Positions 60,874-64,000 of a stretch of DNA of 64,000 nt are shown piece after piece. The DNA lies in the NCBI GenBank assembly GCA_964022095.1, contig CAXHZO010000005.1, positions 52,870 through 116,869 of the forward strand. The letters run 5' to 3'. Below the pieces are notes generated by a model, which saw only the letters and a list, made by a program, of their open reading frames with translations, made no database searches and was not told the DNA's origin. Source of the stretch: an uncultured Arcobacteraceae bacterium. Lineage in GTDB: Bacteria; Campylobacterota; Campylobacteria; Campylobacterales; Arcobacteraceae. Every line of letters begins with the position of its first letter. Position 1 is the stretch's first letter. The translations under genes were made by a program, and so were the position numbers.

Positions 60874-61642
60874 GATGATTGCAAAATCTTATGCAAAAGT
60901 AAATATTTTTTTGAAAGTTGCAAATAAAAGAGAAAATTATCATGAACTCGTATCAAGGTTTGTACGAGTTCATAATCAATATGACACAATGTCATTTGTT
61001 AAAACTAGTAGGAAAGCTGTAAATATTATAGGTGATTTTGGTTGCAAAATGGAATCAAACACTGTTTATAAAATATACAATTTGATAAAAAATTATAAAA
61101 ATGTTGAAAACTTTTTCAAAGAATATAGTATTAAAGTAGATAAGAAAATACCAGAGTTTGCAGGACTTGGTGGTGGAAGTTCAAATGCTGCAACATTTTT
61201 AATAATGGCAAATAAATATTGTGAATTAAATTTATCAAAAGATGAAATGTGTAAGATTGCACAACAAGTTGGGGCTGATGTTCCATTTTTTGTATATGAG
61301 TATGATAGTGCAAATGTTACAGGTATTGGTGAAATAGTTGAAAAGTTTGATGAAGAGATTTTAGATATACAAACAGTTACACCAAAAATACAGTGTAATA
61401 CTGGTGAAATATTTAATTGTTTTAGAAACAATTTTTATAAACAAGTTTCACAAGAAGAAGCAAAAAAACTTTTAAGTATGAAGTCAATTGATATATTAAA
61501 AAGTATGAGTATTAAAGAAGCTAATGATTTATACGAACCAGCAATTAGCACTTATCCAACTTTAAAAGAGTATGAAAAAAAAGATTGGTATTTTAGTGGA
61601 AGTGGAAGTTCGTTTTTTAGGATAAAAGATGGCAAAAGATAA
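60866..61642 (+). CDS. ispE: 4-diphosphocytidyl-2C-methyl-D-erythritol kinase
   Basis: [18 protein letters not shown] and GADVPFF motifs. Confidence 0.94.
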   Translation: MSEMIAKSYAKVNIFLKVANKRENYHELVSRFVRVHNQYDTMSFVKTSRKAVNIIGDFGCKMESNTVYKIYNLIKNYKNVENFFKEYSIKVDKKIPEFAGLGGGSSNAATFLIMANKYCELNLSKDEMCKIAQQVGADVPFFVYEYDSANVTGIGEIVEKFDEEILDIQTVTPKIQCNTGEIFNCFRNNFYKQVSQEEAKKLLSMKSIDILKSMSIKEANDLYEPAISTYPTLKEYEKKDWYFSGSGSSFFRIKDGKR

Positions 61643-62102
61643 AAAAGAAAACAAAAGATTAGAGTTTAAAAATAAAAAAGCATTTCATGACTATTTTATT
61701 TTAGATCAGTTTGAAGCAGGAATCGCTTTAGAAGGTAGTGAAGTTAAAGCTATTAGAGAAGGAAGGGTGAATTTAAAAGACTCTTTTGTACGAATAATAA
61801 AAGGCGAAGTATTTTTATTAAATACTCATATTTCTCATTTAAGTACTACTCATGCAACGTACAGACCTGATGAAAGAAGAGATAGAAAGCTTTTATTACA
61901 TAAAAAAGAGATAGCTAAACTACACACAAAAGTGACAAAAGATGGCATAACTTTAGTTGCTATAAAACTTTACTTTAACTCAAGAAACATGATTAAAGTA
62001 AAAATAGCAACAGCGCAGGGTAAGAAACTTCATGATAAGAGAGAAGACCTTAAGAAAAAAACGATGTTAAGGGAAACACAGCAGGTATTAAAGAATTTTT
62101 AA
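61629..62102 (+). CDS. smpB: SsrA-binding protein
   Basis: [19 protein letters not shown] and GKKLHDKRE motifs. Confidence 0.96.
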   Translation: MAKDKKENKRLEFKNKKAFHDYFILDQFEAGIALEGSEVKAIREGRVNLKDSFVRIIKGEVFLLNTHISHLSTTHATYRPDERRDRKLLLHKKEIAKLHTKVTKDGITLVAIKLYFNSRNMIKVKIATAQGKKLHDKREDLKKKTMLRETQQVLKNF

Positions 62103-62149
62103 AAGAAGATAAAAAGTGTCTTGTTTATAAGCTGAAATTATAATTCTTC

Positions 62150-62177
62150 TGTTAATTAATTGTTAATTTTTTGTTAA
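62150..62177 (+). promoter_or_regulatory. three TGTTAA direct repeats at 11-bp spacing upstream of ccoN
   Basis: TGTTAA at 62150, 62161 and 62172. Confidence 0.45.
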
Positions 62178-62257
62178 TTTTAAGTTTGAGTTAGCTAATA
62201 TTTGCATATTAAGTGACATTCTTGTGACTTGTATATAAAATTAGTAGGAGGAAATTG

Positions 62258-63727
62258 ATGCAAAACGGTGCACAAATCGAGTATGACTACTCTGTTGCGA
62301 AGTTATTTACGTTTTCAACGATTTTGTTTGGTATCATTGGTATGACAATTGGTGTTGTACTTGCATTTCAATTGGCTTTTCCAGGGTTAAACAACTTAGC
62401 TGGAGAATATGGTACATTCAGTAGATTAAGACCTTTACACACTAATGGTGTGGCATTTGGTTTTGCTCTAAGTGGTATTTTTGCTGGATGGTATTACATC
62501 TCGCAAAGAGTATTAAAGGTTTCTTTAAAAGAATCTCCATTCTTAATGGGTATAGCTAAATTACATTTTATCTTATACTTCATTACAATTCTTTTAGCAG
62601 TTGTTACACTATTCATGGGTATTACAACTTCAAAAGAGTATGCAGAATTAGAATGGCCATTAGACATATTAGTAGTAGTTTGGTGGGTATTATGGGGTGT
62701 TTCAATTTTTGGACTTATTGGAATTAGAAGAGAAAGAACATTATATATTTCTATTTGGTATTTTATTGCTACATTTATAGCTGTTGCAATGTTATACCTA
62801 TTTAACAATATGGAAGTTCCAACTTACTTTGCTTCTGGTGGTTATGGTTCATGGATTCATTCTGTATCTATGTATTCTGGTACTAATGATGCACTTGTTC
62901 AGTGGTGGTATGGTCATAATGCTGTTGCATTCGTATTTACTACACCTATTATTGCATTAATTTATTACTTCTTACCAAAAGAATCAGGTCAAAATGTTTA
63001 TTCATATAAATTATCAATCTTAGCATTCTGGGGATTATTATTTGTATATTTATGGGCTGGTGGACACCACTTAATTTATTCAACTGTTCCAGATTGGATG
63101 CAGACTATGGGTTCTGTAATGTCAGTTGTTTTAATTTTACCATCATGGGGATCTGCAATTAATATGCTTTTAACTATGAAAGGTGAGTGGAATCAATTAC
63201 AAACAAATACACTAATTAAATTTATGGTATTAGCTTCAACTTTCTATATGTTATCAACAATAGAAGGACCAATTCAAGCTATCAAATCTGTAAATGCTAT
63301 TGCACACTTTACTGACTGGATTCCAGGACACGTACATGATGGTGTTTTAGGATGGGTTGTATTTATGATTATGGCTGCATTATTCCATATGGTTCCTAGA
63401 ATGTTCAAAAGAGAAATCTATTCTAAATCATTAATGGATACTCAATTCTGGTTACAAACAACTGGTATTGTTTTATACTTCACTTCAATGTGGATTGCAG
63501 GTATTACTCAAGGTATGATGTGGAGAGCTTACGATGAATATGGTTCATTAGTATACTCATTTATTGATACAGTTACTGTATTACATCCATACTATACTAT
63601 TAGAGCTGTTGGTGGGTTATTATACCTAATTGGATTCTTTATGTTCGCATTTAATATCTATAAAACTATTACTTCAGGTAGAGTTTTAGATAAAGAACCA
63701 GTTAACAAAACGCCAGTAGCGGCATAA
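62258..63727 (+). CDS. ccoN: cbb3-type cytochrome c oxidase subunit I
   Basis: RLRPLHTN, QWWYGHNAV, GGHHL and GHVH motifs; SD AGGAGG. Confidence 0.97.
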   Translation: MQNGAQIEYDYSVAKLFTFSTILFGIIGMTIGVVLAFQLAFPGLNNLAGEYGTFSRLRPLHTNGVAFGFALSGIFAGWYYISQRVLKVSLKESPFLMGIAKLHFILYFITILLAVVTLFMGITTSKEYAELEWPLDILVVVWWVLWGVSIFGLIGIRRERTLYISIWYFIATFIAVAMLYLFNNMEVPTYFASGGYGSWIHSVSMYSGTNDALVQWWYGHNAVAFVFTTPIIALIYYFLPKESGQNVYSYKLSILAFWGLLFVYLWAGGHHLIYSTVPDWMQTMGSVMSVVLILPSWGSAINMLLTMKGEWNQLQTNTLIKFMVLASTFYMLSTIEGPIQAIKSVNAIAHFTDWIPGHVHDGVLGWVVFMIMAALFHMVPRMFKREIYSKSLMDTQFWLQTTGIVLYFTSMWIAGITQGMMWRAYDEYGSLVYSFIDTVTVLHPYYTIRAVGGLLYLIGFFMFAFNIYKTITSGRVLDKEPVNKTPVAA

Positions 63728-63743
63728 GAAGGAGGGTAAAATT

Positions 63744-64000
63744 ATGTTTCATTGGTTTGAACAAAGACCGTTTTTCTTTGCGGTATTAGTATTCGTATTT
63801 GTTGCATTCGCTGGAATTGTTGAAATCGTTCCTGATTTTGCAAAACAGTCAAGACCAACAGTTGGTACGAAACCATATAGTTTACTTGAATTATCAGGTA
63901 GACATGTATATATTAAAGATTCGTGTAATGCGTGTCACTCACAGTTAATTAGACCATTTAAATCAGAAACTGATAGATATGGTATGTATTCATTATCTGG
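63744..64000 (+). CDS. ccoO: cbb3-type cytochrome c oxidase subunit II, 5' part (partial)
   Basis: Manual translation MFHWFEQRPFFF...SCNACHSQLIRPFKSETDRYG. Confidence 0.93.
   Translation, partial: MFHWFEQRPFFFAVLVFVFVAFAGIVEIVPDFAKQSRPTVGTKPYSLLELSGRHVYIKDSCNACHSQLIRPFKSETDRYGMYSLS

Overview
This is an AT-rich chromosomal window from a Campylobacterota bacterium, most likely Arcobacteraceae, judged from the protein sequences and gene content. Housekeeping blocks (purQ-plsC-crcB-tatA-argS, rsfS-nadD, gap-pgk-tpiA-fabI-lysA-pheA-hisC-dxs, alaS-trxA-trxA, trxB-dapB-purF, uvrD-truB-ispE-smpB-ccoNO) flank an accessory region of about 26 kb between maf and alaS. That region encodes a complete aerobic phenol pathway: multicomponent phenol hydroxylase dmpKLMNOP plus the catechol meta-cleavage genes dmpQ, B, C, E, F, G, H, I and D. 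No sigma54/DmpR-type activator is present in the window. A divergent PAS-HisKA_2 kinase and a REC-winged-helix response regulator sit beside dmpK instead. One promoter architecture, TGCGAT-N5-T(G/A)CGA(T/A)-N10-TAnnnT, recurs with identical spacing five times: before dmpK, dmpQ, an SDR-leuB unit, a porin and a structured ORF-less segment that looks like an sRNA with an anti-Shine-Dalgarno loop. Together these suggest a two-component, sigma70-type phenol regulon (inference). Other observations are a second sRNA candidate, a deleted pheA remnant, paired panE paralogues, an unannotated 39-aa membrane sORF, a 40-bp duplication after fabI, Fur/PerR-like boxes shared by ccp, trxA2 and trxB, and no csrA between truB and ispE. 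No rRNA, tRNA, CRISPR array, integrase or transposase was recognised. All calls were made by eye, without database searches.
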